Part shown: positions 1-14,879 of the stretch, in pieces | Layout: the number at the start of each line of letters is the position of its first letter | Numbering within the stretch: position 1 is the first letter of the stretch | Source: the human T2T-CHM13v2.0 reference genome, Homo sapiens | Reading direction: 5' to 3' (one strand) | Length of the DNA: 64,000 nt | Assembly (NCBI RefSeq): GCF_009914755.1 | Contig: NC_060925.1 | Program-made: the position numbers and the translations under genes | Notes under the pieces: generated by a model | What the model was told of the DNA's origin: nothing | The model's database searches: none | Seen by the model: only the letters and a program-made list of their open reading frames with translations

Positions 1-674
1 TGTATATCAACATAGAAAATATCTGTGGAATTGAATTGATAGTGAAGAAATAGAAATGATCTTCTCTTGCATATCTTAGAATGCTCTGCTCAATATCTCA
101 TTCTTAAAAATGGAAAGGGCCACAACTGCAAAGATACACGCTATTTAGCTTGCTCCAGTGATAGCCAGAACAAAATACTAAGGAACTATGCAGAGAAGCC
201 ATTACACAGGCTTCCAGTCAGGCAGATTAATCACAGAGTTCCACCAGACCCAAGGTGGGACTGCTTCATGCTGATCCCACCTACCTTAACAAGGATACAC
301 TCTCCAGGTGGGGTGAAGCTAAGAGAAGCTGCCAAATTGGCTTTGGTACATTATTCTTACATTGGCACGGCTCACAGAATTCAGTTAACTGGAAGTTAAT
401 TTTCAGTAGGCAAACTCTGGTGTGGGCCAACTATGACATAAGCAAACTGGATTCCTTTGGATTATAAGGTCATCTCAGATATATGTTCCATTTCCTAGGG
501 GCTACAAGAGCTAGTGGTCACCAAGAATCATATTTGACTCTCCTACTAGTTTACTGTAAGCCAATCCAGAGCCAGTAGTGTCTGAGCTACAGTAATGAAA
601 GGTGCTCAGTACAAAGACAGCAATCAGCTTGAGAACTAGATTCACATCAGTACAGGATTTACTGACTGGTTTCT

Positions 675-850
675 AATAACTAGGCACCATGTTGAGTGTT
701 TTATGTTATCTTCTTTTAATTCTCAAGATAATCTTAAGTTTAAGGATGAGGAAACTGAGGCTCAGGGAGATTAAGTAGTTTGTCTGTCTTAGCTGGAAAG
801 CAGAACTAGAAATGAAACCCAGGTCCATCTGTTAACAAAGTCTATATTCT
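675..850 (-). mobile_element. MIR SINE fragment
   Basis: MIR core motif gatgaggaaactgaggctcag...ttaagt...gaaacccaggtc; boundaries approximate. Confidence 0.6.
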
Positions 851-1529
851 TTCTTGTCAGTATCTTTAGGCAATGCAACAGCAGGCAAAAGCAATCTACT
901 AGTGCCACACATTTTCAATTCATTCACATTTCCAGCCTTAATGCATAGTGAGATCAGATGCAAAACAGCAAAATCCTGAAAAATAAGTGTGTGCACAATA
1001 CTTAACTTGAATAAATGTTTATGATAATGAAAGGATTAAGGTGCACAAAGATATTAATATTTAGGGAAATTAGACAAAATTGATTTTATCTATTATAAGC
1101 AATATTGAATATTTAATGATCTTCTCTGTAATTATGCCTATTGGAGCTGCTATGGAAAGCATCACATCTCTGGAGGTGGTTTGAACCATCACCCATGTCT
1201 TACTAACAACAAATCTCTATACCCTTCCTTAATGTCTCTCCTGATCTCCATATTTATAGGTTTGACTGCAGCTGGATTCTTTTACCTGAATGCTTCAGAA
1301 GTTCTTGTGCAAAAATGGACAAATTTCTTTCCCTCACCTCAAACCTGCTTGTCCTTCAATAATACTTATGCTTTCACTGCCTCTGTGAATGGCACCATCT
1401 TCTACTTTAGCCCCTAAACAAACAACTAAGAGTCTTCCCAAACTCCTTAGGTCCCCTTTTTTCCCAATCACTAGGTCCTTCCTTAAATTCAAATTTCTAT
1501 CTTTGAAATATGTACATGTCCTTTAAAGT

Positions 1530-1866
1530 TGTCTTAGTCCATTTGTGATGCTATTAACAAAATATCATAAGCTAACTGGCTTATAAACAATAGCAAATTA
1601 TCTCTCACAGTTCTGGAAGCCAGGAAGTCCAAGGTCAAAGTGAGGGCTGACTCAACGTCTGGTGAGAGCCCTTTCCCTGCTTATAGCTGTGTCCTCACAT
1701 GGAGAAAGAGGCAGCCTCTGTTAGAAGAGCACTAATCCCATTCACCAAGGCTCCACCCAAATTACCTAATCACCTCCCCAAAGGTCCCACCTCCTATTAC
1801 CATCACCTTGGTGATTAGATTTCAACACATGAATTTTGCAGAGATACAAACATTCAGACCATAGAA
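1530..1866 (-). mobile_element. MaLR solo LTR (MLT1A/MST-like)
   Basis: tgtcttagtccattt...tctcacagttctggaagccaggaagtccaagg...ttcaacacatgaatttt...aaacattcagaccatag matches the reverse of the MLT1A/MST LTR as I recall it. Confidence 0.7.
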
Positions 1867-2929
1867 TATTGCTTATCAAATTTTGTAATTATATATTTCT
1901 TTTGTATTTATTTAAATAATATTTGTTCCCTCTATTAGACTTCCAGTTTTATAATAAGAACAAAATCTCTTTTTTTCCTCGTCATTTCATCCTCTGCACC
2001 AACAATGGTGTTGATACACAATAGGCATTCAATGATAACATGTAGATAGGATGAACAAAACGATTTCTTCCTTGCTATCCCTGGTGCCACACATCTAATT
2101 TAGACTCTTAACATTTTTTTTCACCTGGATTACAACGAATGTGTCCTAACTCATCCCTGATTCATCAAAAAAGTCATCTTCCATTCTTCTGCAAGAATAA
2201 GATTTCTCAGGTGCATATCTGATCACTGATCCTGTCCTTTTTTCCCCAAGTAAGAGCCCATTCAGTCAAACAGCTTGCAAGTTGGTATAGCCTCACCTTG
2301 TAATGAAAACCACTCTGTACTATAAAGAAGCCTTATGTCTATGTCCAGTTGTCTTCTGTAGCTTATTTAGCATATTCTAAAATTTCTTACATAACAAACC
2401 CTCTTAGGAATCAGTTGTATGATTTATGTAGAAATAATTTTAATACAATATCAATATTTTCCTAGGTGCAAAACTGAGTTCTGATCTCATCATAAGACCC
2501 CTGACTTAGCTGCATGACATTAAACAATCACTCAATATTCATGGCTGCAGTGCCCTATTCTCTAATCTTCAGCCATACCTTTATTATGCTGGTGACAGGA
2601 GCTTGGAGTTCCTGTTCAAGAGTCTCCTGTCTTCTGCAGTCTATGTTGTTGTAGATTACTCCCTGTCCCTTCCTTACATCCTACCCTTCCAGCACTCAAG
2701 TACATGAGAAGCCCCAAATTCAAAGATCTCTATACTGTGATATCCATAGCATCTTCTCATGTGGCATTTATCGTCTTAGATTAGAACAGAGGAACATGTA
2801 TCAGTCCTGTCTTCCTTAAAAGCCTGAAAATTACATAAGCATAAGGGAAATATGTTATTAATCTTTATGTGTATAAAATACCTACTACAGAGAAGGTAGT
2901 CAGTAAATATTTATTAAAGGTCATACTAT

Positions 2930-3530
2930 AAATATTTTGTGAACACTTATTATTTGTCAGGCACTGTTCTAGGTGCTTAGGATACATCAATACACAAACG
3001 AAAGATTTCTAACTTTGTGAAACTTACATCTTAGCAGGAGAAGACAGGCAATAAACAACAAATTTTCAAAGTAAATTATACATGTTCCTTTGAATATGAT
3101 AAGGCTATAACAAATGAAAAATAGAGCAGGGTAAGAGGGAGCAATAATGGTGAGGTGGACGTGCTTTGAAATTTTCAATAGGATAAGTAGGGTAGATGCC
3201 ATTGAGGATAAATAAGAGTAAAGTCAAAAGAGGTGAGGGAATTGCTATGTGAATATCTAAGAAACTTTCCAGGCAAAGGGAATAGCCAGTGCAAAGGCCA
3301 TAAGGCAGGATTGTGTCTGGCATGTTTGAGGAACAGCAGTGGTCAGTGAAACTGGATTGCTGTGAGCAAGGGGGAAAGTGGTAAGAGATGAAGTGAGTAG
3401 AGGTGTGCAGTGATGTGACTTGTGTTTTAAAAGATCATGCCACTGTGGAGAACAGACTGTGAATACAAGGGTAAAAGCAGGGGTCAGTTAGGAGGTCATG
3501 AAGTAATTGTGAAGAAAGATGGTGGTGGCT
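2930..3530 (-). mobile_element. L2 LINE 3' fragment
   Basis: caggcactgttctaggtgc...ccaggcaaagggaatagccagtgcaaaggcc...gcatgtttgaggaacagca, typical reverse-strand L2 motifs. Confidence 0.65.
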
Positions 3531-6444
3531 CAGTTCAGTTCAACAACATTCACAGGGCATCTACAGTTTCTGGCTCTCTGAGAGTATAAAGATGGCAAAA
3601 TTGTCTCCTCCTGAAGGAACTCACAGACAGCAATATGTTCCTAACCTAATTTCCAGCCTCATCACCTAGCACAGGACCCAAGCTCAGCTCATCTTCTCCA
3701 TTCTCAGCATGCCGTATTACAGCCAGCCAAAATTGCTCATTATTTTCCAAACACACCATGCTGTCTCATGCCTTTGCAATACCCTTCCCGTTGCCAGGGA
3801 TCCATTTCCCCAGCTTGCTAAACTCACAAATTGCAACTCCTTCTTCAAGACTCAACTCAAAGGCCAATTTCTCAGATAAGTTTTCCCTAACAACCTGTGA
3901 AAAATTGGCTGTGCACCTTCCTCTTTCTTTCCCTGGCATCCTGTGCATACCATGAATCAAGGTGTATTATAAATAGATTCCTTTTAGACTGTAAGCCACA
4001 GATATATGATTTATTCAATGTCTACATCTAACAAAAGTATTTGCCTTTGGTAGCACTTTACTAAACACAGAAAAGAAGTAAGAAAGGAAGAACATTTTTT
4101 AAAAAGAGTAAGGAAGGAAAGAACTAATACAAGTCATTTATGAAAGGTTGCCAACATAGTCTAGAAAAACTACCTGCACATGGTCCTGTTTAAAGAAACA
4201 ACTGGGAGCAAGCAGGGTAAGAACCACGCAGGTTCTCGGCATATTTATCAGCAAATGTTCAGCTCCAGAAATAGCCTGAAATTAGGGTAGGATGACATGG
4301 TCAGTGGGAATCAGTCATCTGTAAAATTCTTCTGATCAGAAAAAAACATTTGCATTCCTTGATCGAATTCAAAAAAAGACTTGTCAGTATCTGGGTCCTG
4401 ACCTTTGAAGATTGCCTGAGGTGTAATGGGAACACAAATATGCTGAGCAGGACAAATGAGTAACCAGATCTGCTTTGGGAAGTGACTTGGCACTGGCTGG
4501 GGCTGGCTGTCATAGCACTAGGCCAACACCAGGGCTGGGAAGAGGCTAAGACGCCCTGGAAAACTAACCATGCCTGGTGTGAAGGATAAGGTCTAAACTA
4601 AAGGCAGGTGTGTAGGGAAAGCAGCTGTCATGCTGCAATGGGTGACTCACCCACCTTATCTAACTTAATCTACTCAATTACACCAAAAGCTAGATATAAT
4701 AATCTTTTATAGACACAAAAATTGAGGCATAGAGATATTAAGCAACTTGTCAAGAGCCATACTGATACCAGGTAGAGCCTGTCTTCACACCTGGGTCTGT
4801 CTTCATATCTATTTCAGTCCAGGACTGAAGCTACCCATGTAGCTGCTCAGCTTAGGAGTACGGCTTTGGCCTGAGAGGAGACTCAAGTCCCAGACATGGT
4901 TCTGTCCACCTTGCTTATGTGCCTCCAGGCAGATCATTTCTCCTCTCTGAGCCTTGTTTTTACCATTTGTTCATTGAGAGTTAGGGTCAGGTGATCATTA
5001 AGGTCTCTCCAAAATCTGAAAATCTATATTTAGTAAGAATTTTAAGGATGCTAGTTTCTTCTCTCCTTCCCCTTCTCCCTTACCATACACCCAAATGCCC
5101 TCTCAAGAAGCAGTGTATAAAGAATCTTTTTATACTATCCAGTTTGGAAAGAGAAGTTTAACAAAGGGTAGAGCCTCCAGAGACATTATCACTGTTGATT
5201 CACTGAGAACTACATATATCCTCCCCACATTTAGTGTCTCATCCGCTTTGTTTTTGTCAGGAAAACTCACCCTCTGCCTAGCAAAAGAGAGCTGGCTTTA
5301 TCTTCCTCAATTCACTCTTTTTAAATCTATCTTGGGGTTTCAGTTGCACTAAAGAACTCTATCCAGCACATAATTGGAGGAAATATAATGGAAATATTGA
5401 AACAAAAATAATATTCTCCCTAATATATTCATTTTAATTGTTCCTTTTCTTCTCACTAGAGTGAGTGGGAGGTTATCCCTTCTATTTCAGTTACCTCTTC
5501 TTTCAATGACTGGGTTTTATAATGTGCTATTTTGTGAGCTTATGTTTTTTCCTCCCCACCTCCAACTCCCTAATATTAAAGCACATCTGGATTCCAGTTA
5601 AATCATTTTATTCTTTCTGATATACTTGATCATAAGCCAAAGAGCAAAAAGTATTCTGTTTATGATCCAAATACCCTTATTAATTTCTTCTATCAAATTA
5701 AATATTTCTAGAATGGGTAAAAAAAACAGGTCTGGTAATAAAAGCAGACATTCATAGATTGGCCTTAGGTTCTGGAGACTATGTAGGGTTTTATGAAAAA
5801 TTAGTAAATTGAACAGTAATTCTTATAGCTACAATATTTAAGGAGGGTCATATAGCCTTAATTCTTAAACAGTAAGATTTGGAAGAAGGATATTATTGGT
5901 TCCATTTTATATCTAAGGAAACAAAGCCTCAGGAAAGTTACACAAATTGCTCAGTCGGTCAACAAGTAAGTGGTAGAACTTGGCTTCAGAAGTTGGTTTC
6001 ATAAAGAGGGATCAGGAAGAAAAGGTGAATTGCTAGGGAAGGAGTTTGTCTTCTTCAAAATTCTCTATAATAATTAAGCGCAATACTTAGGAGACTCGTG
6101 GCAGTCGAAACTCCAAGACTGGATCCTATCCCAGACCACTTTGCTAGAGATACTGTTTTTCTTCAATCTTGGAGACCCTGGGGGACCACCAGCACAACTG
6201 CCTAGTTAGCAGCAGATCATAGGGTGGAATGCAGGCTGCTACCAAGCAAGATCTGTCTCAGCAAGACTCTTTCTTTGGGAGATGCAGAAAGTGCAGTATT
6301 TAAGTGGTGTCACCAGCCTGAATCTGATGCAAAAGAGGCATATATGCAGGTGCACATACACATTACTCACTCATACACATACACATAAACCCATACATAC
6401 CACATTCACCTCACACACACATATACCATACACAGAACAAAATA

Positions 6445-6796
6445 CAGACAGTCTCTAACTTATGATGGTTTTACTTAGGAGTATTTGATTTTGTGATGAT
6501 GTGAAAATGATACAAATTTAGTAGAAACTGTATTTCAAGTACCCATACAGTCATTCTGTTTTTCATTTTCATTATACTATTCAATAAGTTATATAAGGTA
6601 TTCAACACTTTATTATAAAATCAGCTTTGTGTTACATGACTTTGCACAACTATAGGCTTTTGTTAAGTGTTCTGAGCACATTACTGTAGGAAAGACTAAG
6701 CTATGATGTAGGTTAGGTGTATTAAATGCAGTTTTGACTTCCAATGTTTTCAACTTATGATGGGTTTATCAGATTGTAACCCCATCATAAATTCTG
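6445..6796 (-). mobile_element. TcMar-Tigger MITE (MER47-like)
   Basis: ta|cagacagtc start; aacttatgatgg, ggttaggtgtattaaatgca and caacttatgatgggtttatc motifs; far end cut by an L1M 3' fragment. Confidence 0.65.
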
Positions 6797-6980
6797 GGAG
6801 GTTGGGTAAGTGGGAGTAGCTACTAATGCATACAGGTTTCCACTGGGGGGAGTGATGAAAATGTTCTAAAATTAATTGCAGTGATGGTTGCACAACTCTG
6901 GGTATATTAAAAACCATTAAATGTACACTTCAGATAAGTGAACTATATAGTATATTAATTATATCTTGATAAAGCCTTTA
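6797..6980 (+). mobile_element. Old L1M (L1MB-like) 3' UTR fragment
   Basis: gtgatgaaaatgttctaaaatt...gtgatggttgcacaactctg...aaaaaccatt motif. Confidence 0.6.
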
Positions 6981-7144
6981 TGAAACTAAAAGACAGAAAC
7001 TTGATCAGACCCACATCTGGTTGGCACATATGGAGAGATTGCAAGATTATAAACCCTAAATTCAAGGGTCTTTCTAATATTAATAATCTGAGTAACTTTG
7101 GACTCAAGAAGAATATGATCTGCATAAAAGGACTACAGAAAGTT

Positions 7145-7458
<314 letters not shown>

Positions 7459-8511
7459 TCAGAGTGTACTGCTGACTTTATGGTTTTTTGTTTTGTTAAT
7501 CATAAATAAATTTAAAATTATGAAAGCAATGATATTTAGTTTTAAATATTTTGCAGAACACACAAAAGAACACACAAAAAGAACACACAAAAAAGAGAAA
7601 AAGCACTCAAGCCACTAAAAATATTTGTTTATATCATTAAATGTATATATGATATTTAGCTTTGTTTTAAAATATTCTTTTGTTTAAAAGATTTTAATTA
7701 CTTCATCTTAGGATGCTCCAAATATATTTAACCAATCACTACTGATGGGTACTTGGATAATTTATAATTTTTCCCAATTACAATGTACACTGCCATGAAC
7801 ATCCTTAAAAACAAATCTTTGAGCATATCTCTGATTATTTCTTTCATCATCACAAATCTGAACCCCCAAATCTAGTTGAGGTAAATATCTGATCATACTT
7901 TGACTTCATAAATCACAGGGAAAAACATGGCCTTTGGAAATCCCTGGTTTCTGTTCCTGGTCCAACCACTTAATTACCCTAAAAGGTAAACATATGGCCC
8001 CAAATAAATCCAATCTGATTTAATTATCATGCTTAAAAGTTAACTACTAATTGAAAGACAATTCAAGGTGTTGATTTATAACCAAAAAGATCAGTAGAGG
8101 CCCAAAAGAAATAGACTAAATAGAGTGAATATTAATAACAACAACTGAGGCTCAGAGGGCCAAGGAAAGTGCCCAAGACTGGCAGAACTGGGATACTTGC
8201 AATAACTGGCAGAACTGGTACTCAGATTGAGGCTCTATGACTCCAAAGTCAGTACTTTCCCTATTGGACTTCACTGCTTCACATAACAGACACTGTCCTC
8301 AAGGAATTTGCAATTGGAATTTTTGATGGCAGGTAACATATGTGCACAAATAACTGTAATTTAGGCAGAGTAAGCTAAGTGCCATAAAAATGGTTCAGAC
8401 ATAGTATTTTCTGGGTAGAATTAGGAAATTCTTTATAGGGACAATAATATGTGATGTGTGCTATTAAGGATGAATTCATTCAATCATTTAATAAATATTT
8501 GAGTAAATATT

Positions 8512-8927
8512 TGAAGTAAAGCAGACTCTACCAGTTAACTACCAAAATCCATGTTCTCCACTTCTTCCTGCACACACAGCTAAATGTCATTTCACAAATT
8601 CCTTTTGTTGGATGTGGCCATTAAACTACAGGTTAGCCAATGAAATTTGACTGAAAGTGATATACGCCACTTTCAGTACTACTAATAGAAAGTTCCCATG
8701 TGGGCTGTTTCTACATTTTCCCATCTGGCTGGCTAGAATAGAGATGATGCCCAGGTGACCGTGGAAACTATGAATTGAAGATGATAGTCAGTCTGGGTTC
8801 CTGAATGATGGTATGTTTGAAAGTTGCCCTGTCCATCTGTTCATGTGGAAGAAATCAACTTGTATTTGCTTGATCCATTAGATATCTTATGGTCAATCCA
8901 ATATTACAGTTGGCCTACCCAAACATA
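8512..8927 (+). mobile_element. Old MaLR LTR (MLT1H/I/J-like)
   Basis: atgtggccat...ttagccaatgaaat...gaaagtgatat..gccactt and ctgggttcctgaatga motifs. Confidence 0.5.
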
Positions 8928-9564
8928 GGCAGGCACTGGGACACGAAAAATAAATTTGTCATATGCCCCCAAGGAACTTAACATTTGAAGGGAAGGAAGT
9001 AAATCCATAGGAAAATCTGACACAGCATTGCACTGACAGGAGGAAGGTCTGTATATGGGCACCTAATCCCATCTTGATAGTTCAAATGATGAAACTTTCT
9101 AAAAAGAAATGGTATATAAGTTGAGGCCTGAAGTATATATAGAAATCCTCTAGGGAAAAAGGAGAAGTGAACTTGAGAACATATTTCAGGCATAGGGAGA
9201 ATATGTGCAGTTTGAGGTATATAAAAGAGCATTGGTGTACAGGATGTCTACAGGTAGAGAAAGCAGGGAGATTAATGATAAAACTGATTATAGAGTATCA
9301 GTGGACTATGCCAATTTGTTTTTTGTGGCCTTTGTGTTTTATTTTTCCAGGGTCTTTTCCCTGTTTTGTCTCCACAGTTGCCTCCCTAAGTCTTCATTTC
9401 TCCCTGCTCACTCAGGAGTTGGGTAACCAATTTGTCTTGATTTTCTCCAGGGACATTCCCAATTTAAAACTAAAGCCTTTACTTCTACATCTCAGGAAAG
9501 CCCAGAGTTCCAGGCAAACTAGAAAGGTTGATCACCCTATGCATCAGGAGTAGGTAATGGAAAC

Positions 9565-9735
9565 AGCATAGCTAAGGGTCATATAAATTTGGGACGGAGT
9601 TCTGGCTCTGCCCCTGACTAGCTGTAAGACCGTTTTCTGAGCCCTGGTTTCTTCACCTGTAAAATGGTCATAACAATCTCTGATTTTTCTGTCTCTTAGA
9701 GCAACTATGAGAATATCATGATCCAAAATCATTTT
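9565..9735 (+). mobile_element. MIR SINE fragment
   Basis: ctggctctgcccctgactagctgt...tttcttcacctgtaaaatgg. Confidence 0.55.
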
Positions 9736-10728
9736 GTGACAATAAACTATTATGTAGGCTGTTTCATATTATGGAAAAACATTAGAAAGCCTGGGTTCAA
9801 AACTCATTCTTGTATAGTAGTTGGAATATTTAGACAAATACTTCTCTGTCCCTTAGTCTCTTTGTGTGCAAAATAAAGGCACTGGGGTGGCTAATCAGTA
9901 AGGCTCAGGTCCTTCCTTCCAGGATGTCAGTGATAACAGCACCACGCCCCACAAATACTAGGTTTTCTCACTCATGTTCTGGCCTGTCTGCTATGAGAGA
10001 GAGAATTTAAGCAGCACAATAGCACAATCTCTGTATTATTTAAGATTAACTAATGGTAGCTATTATTCCTGTTGCCCAAGGGCAGGAGCTAAGATTTGAA
10101 TTTGGGTTTGACCATTTGATGGCAAAGTCAGTGCTTTTTCCCTGCATCAAGTTGTCACATTTCATCCCCTTTTCTTGGAGTAAAGGCAAACAGAAGCAGT
10201 GTGAATGCATTCAGGAAAGTGATTGGCCTGCAAATCAGTCCCATGAGGGCCCAAGGCTCTGTTGTGTACTTACTTGAGTAAGCCATATATCTTCTAGATT
10301 CTATTTCCCCAGATGAAAGACTATGAATAATAATCTCTATTTTATATACAAGGTGGAAGGAAGTAGTATATCTCTTTAAATAAATTGGTTCCTATCACTT
10401 ATAAGGGGAGCAGAAAAAAGCACATCCATTCTAGTGGAAATAGAAGAGGATGGCCTACATCTTCCCTGGGTTTCTTTCTTACCCTGTACAAGAACTCTCC
10501 AGAGAGCACAGTATGAAAATCATCTAGAGTGGACAACCTCACTGTGCTCTGTGTGAAAATGGTGGCTCAGAGAGGTTAAGTTACCTTACTCCTGGCTCAT
10601 TCCATGAGTTAGTAGAAGACCCAGAGATAAAATATAAACTCAAGTCTATATTATCTCCACCACCCTACCCTATTTCTAGTTGAACATGTTTCTTTTTCTC
10701 AGGTCAAATTATTCATTTTGAAGGATTT

Positions 10729-11066
<338 letters not shown>

Positions 11067-11530
11067 TAGAGTTCTTCATTTTGTAACATCTATGGCTATA
11101 AAGGGCTCCTCTCCATGTGTCTTCTCACCCCTCATTCAATCTCTGGGAAGTCTCAGATCCTTCTGGGATTTTTGACATTCTATAAAATATTTGTATGGTT
11201 TGGGGACATTTTTGTGGAGAGATGGTAGTTAGGTGAAGTAATGTGGGTTTTATTTTGTTGCTTTTTGTTTGGAGATAATTCAAAATTCTCAGGAATTTGG
11301 AAAAATGGTTCAGCAAGGTCTTGTGAGCTCTTCACCATGGTTCCCCCAAAGTTTCCCCAAAGACTGCATCTTTTATTAGTATAGTACAATATCAAACCAG
11401 GAAATTTACATTGTTACAATATGTGTGTATAGTTCTATGTCATCTTGTCACCTGTAACCACCACCACAATCAAGATACATAATTATCCCATTACCAAAAA
11501 ATCTACCATATGCTACCCCTTTATAGTCAG

Positions 11531-12203
<673 letters not shown>

Positions 12204-12204
12204 G

Positions 12205-13740
12205 TCACTCATCCTTTTTTTCCTCAATATTACATTTTATATATATATATATATAAAACCTATCACAGTCTACTGGTGTTGACATTTACCAATTTGAGTG
12301 AGGTGTAGAAACTCTACCTTATTTTAAGTCCCTTTACCTTTCCACGTGTAATTCTGTTAAATATTTCTTCTACATATACTGAGAACCATGTCAATGTTAT
12401 AATTTTTGCTTCAATATAAGGCATATTTAGAAAACACAGAAAAAAAGGTCTACAGTATTTACCTATATTTTTATTCTTTTTGTTGTTGTTTCTTCCTGAT
12501 ATACTAAGAGTCCTTTTAAAATTTTCTTTCTGTTTGAAGAACTTCCTTTACCATTCTTTTAGAATAAGTCTGCTGGCAAAAATACCTTTAGTTTTATTTT
12601 ATCTAGAATGTCTTGATCTCTCCTTCATTCTTAATGGATATTTTTGCTGGATAAAAGGGTCCGGGTTGATGTTCTTTTAGCATTTGAAAAACATCGTGCC
12701 ACTTTACTCAGGCTTCAATAGTTTCTGTTGTGAAGTCTGCTGTATTCCATTTTATTCCTATTGATAAGGTATCATTTTTCTCTTATTGTTTTCAAGATTC
12801 TTTCTTTGTCTTTAATTTTCACACATTTAATTATGACATTTCTCGGCATGGATTTTCTGTTTGAGGTTCACCTGGTTTCTCAAATTTGTAGGTTTATGTG
12901 TTTTGCAAAATTTGGGATGATTTCATCCATTTTAAACATTTATTTTTAGTCTCACTCTCTCCTATCGTTCTGAAACTCCAATGGCATGAATGCTATAATC
13001 TTTTGTTAGCATCCCATAGGTCCCTGAGGCTCTGTTCATTTTTCTTTTAAGACTGTTCTTTTCATTTTCATTCATAGTGGGTAACTTCTATTGTTCCATA
13101 TTCAAGTTCACTTATTCTCTTCTCTGTCTTCTGTACTCAGCTATTGAGCCCATTCTTAAGTGGGTGGTGGAAGGTCACATTCCCCATGTGATCTGACACC
13201 ACGAAGAGGAAGGAGGGAATTCATTACCACCCAGCAGAACGAAAGTCCTGTTTCTTATTTTTTTCTGACACCACCTATTGGGGAGTGGGGTGGTGGCAAA
13301 GACAAAAGTCTATGCTTCCTACTAGCCCTTTGTTGGTGAAAGTAGAAATGTGGATGCAGTTTATTTATTTTCCCCATTGTGTTTGGCTGGAGTAGGTGAT
13401 CATTGTCTCACAATAATCTCTCATGCTAGACTGCCCTTTTTCTGGTCCTTCATTTAGTATGAAAATATTTTGGGGAGCACCTTTTATTTGTCTGTACCTG
13501 TGGCATTTCCAGGTTGCCAGCTTCTCCAATAACTATTTTGGCATACATGTGGCAAAAAGGAAACCCACAGAACTCACACAATACCATTTCTTAGGTCCTA
13601 AGGAACCTAAGTAGTCTTCCCTCTTTTCTCCACCTTTCAGAGTTTTCTATGTTTGTTTCATAAATGCTGTGTATAGTTTTAGCTGCGCTCTAGAAATAGA
13701 GGGAAGTATGTCTACTCCATCATGTCCCGGAACCAGACTG
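12205..13740 (-). mobile_element. Ancient L1M (L1MC/ME-like) ORF1/5' region relic
   Basis: T-rich reverse L1 motifs (ttttcaagattctttctttgtcttt, cccataggtccctgaggctctgttcattt); probably continues at ~11100-11530 left of THE1. Confidence 0.5.
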
Positions 13741-14879
13741 TAATATTTTACCTTTTCTTTTTAATGCAGAAATATTTGTTTTTGAAAACTTGATTTTAGG
13801 GCATTACATTAATGTCAATACTCTTAAGATACAAAATTGAAATAAAAAAAAACATAGATCATTTTATGGCTCCTAAAGTAACCATTTTTTAAATGCCAAT
13901 TTTTAATGCTGTCCAAATTTGCAATAAAACTGATGCAGTGATAGACCAATAGCAATATTTTAAATTGGTACAACATTTTTGGAGAACATGTATAACAGGA
14001 GTTTATAGACATTAATCTTAGAGTCTATCTCTTAGAAGCTGCTTGTAAAAAATTATTTAACAAACCTAAAACCTATGTGATATTTATTATCTATTATACT
14101 TTAGAAAAATATGGAAAATCTAAATGCCCAGCAATAGGAATATGATACAGGAAATCATGATACATTAAAAAAGTAGAAATCATTATTATTCAAACATGGT
14201 GTGATTAACACTTAGAGAAAAATATTAAAATTGTTTTTGATACAATGTCAAATGAAAAGATCAACATACAAATGAGTACATACATTTAGCTGTTTCCGTG
14301 TTAAAATGTGTGTAAGAAAAAAACTAAAAAGGAAAATGTAAAATTAAAAATAATCATTAGGTTTAGTGGAAGATACTGAATTAATTTATAAATAGACATT
14401 TATTGAATACCTGTTATGTACCAGGCATAGTTCTAGAGCTAGAAATATAGAAGTGTATAGAAATGACAAAAATCCTTACCCCTATGGTGCTTAGTTTGCA
14501 GCAGAGGGGGAGACAGATAATAAATAAATAATATATTGTAGTTTGCTGGATGGTAATAAGTGCAATGTAAAAAATAAGACAGAAAAAGAGAGTAAGTATG
14601 TGTGGAACAGAGGATGTAATTTAATTTTAAATGTATGACTTTTTTTAGCTATGAGAAAAAATTAAGTATGACTTTGTTTTACAAAATATTAATTTATAAA
14701 TTTATAATTTCTCAAGTAAAATATAAATTTTTGTTTTTAATAATAGAGTAAAGGCCCCATTATTTCAGAAAAGACACCACTAATTTCAAAATTTTAAAAT
14801 TTTGACAGGAGCGAGGCTAAACATTACTACATTAAGACTTACAGAAAGTATGAATCTATTGCTAGGTGTACATACCTCT

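Noticed and set aside
67-467. 110-aa and 70-aa ORFs at the window start, and other short non-L1 ORFs in the track
   Set aside because: No recognisable homology, many non-ATG starts, lengths expected by chance or derived from Alu/LTR sequence
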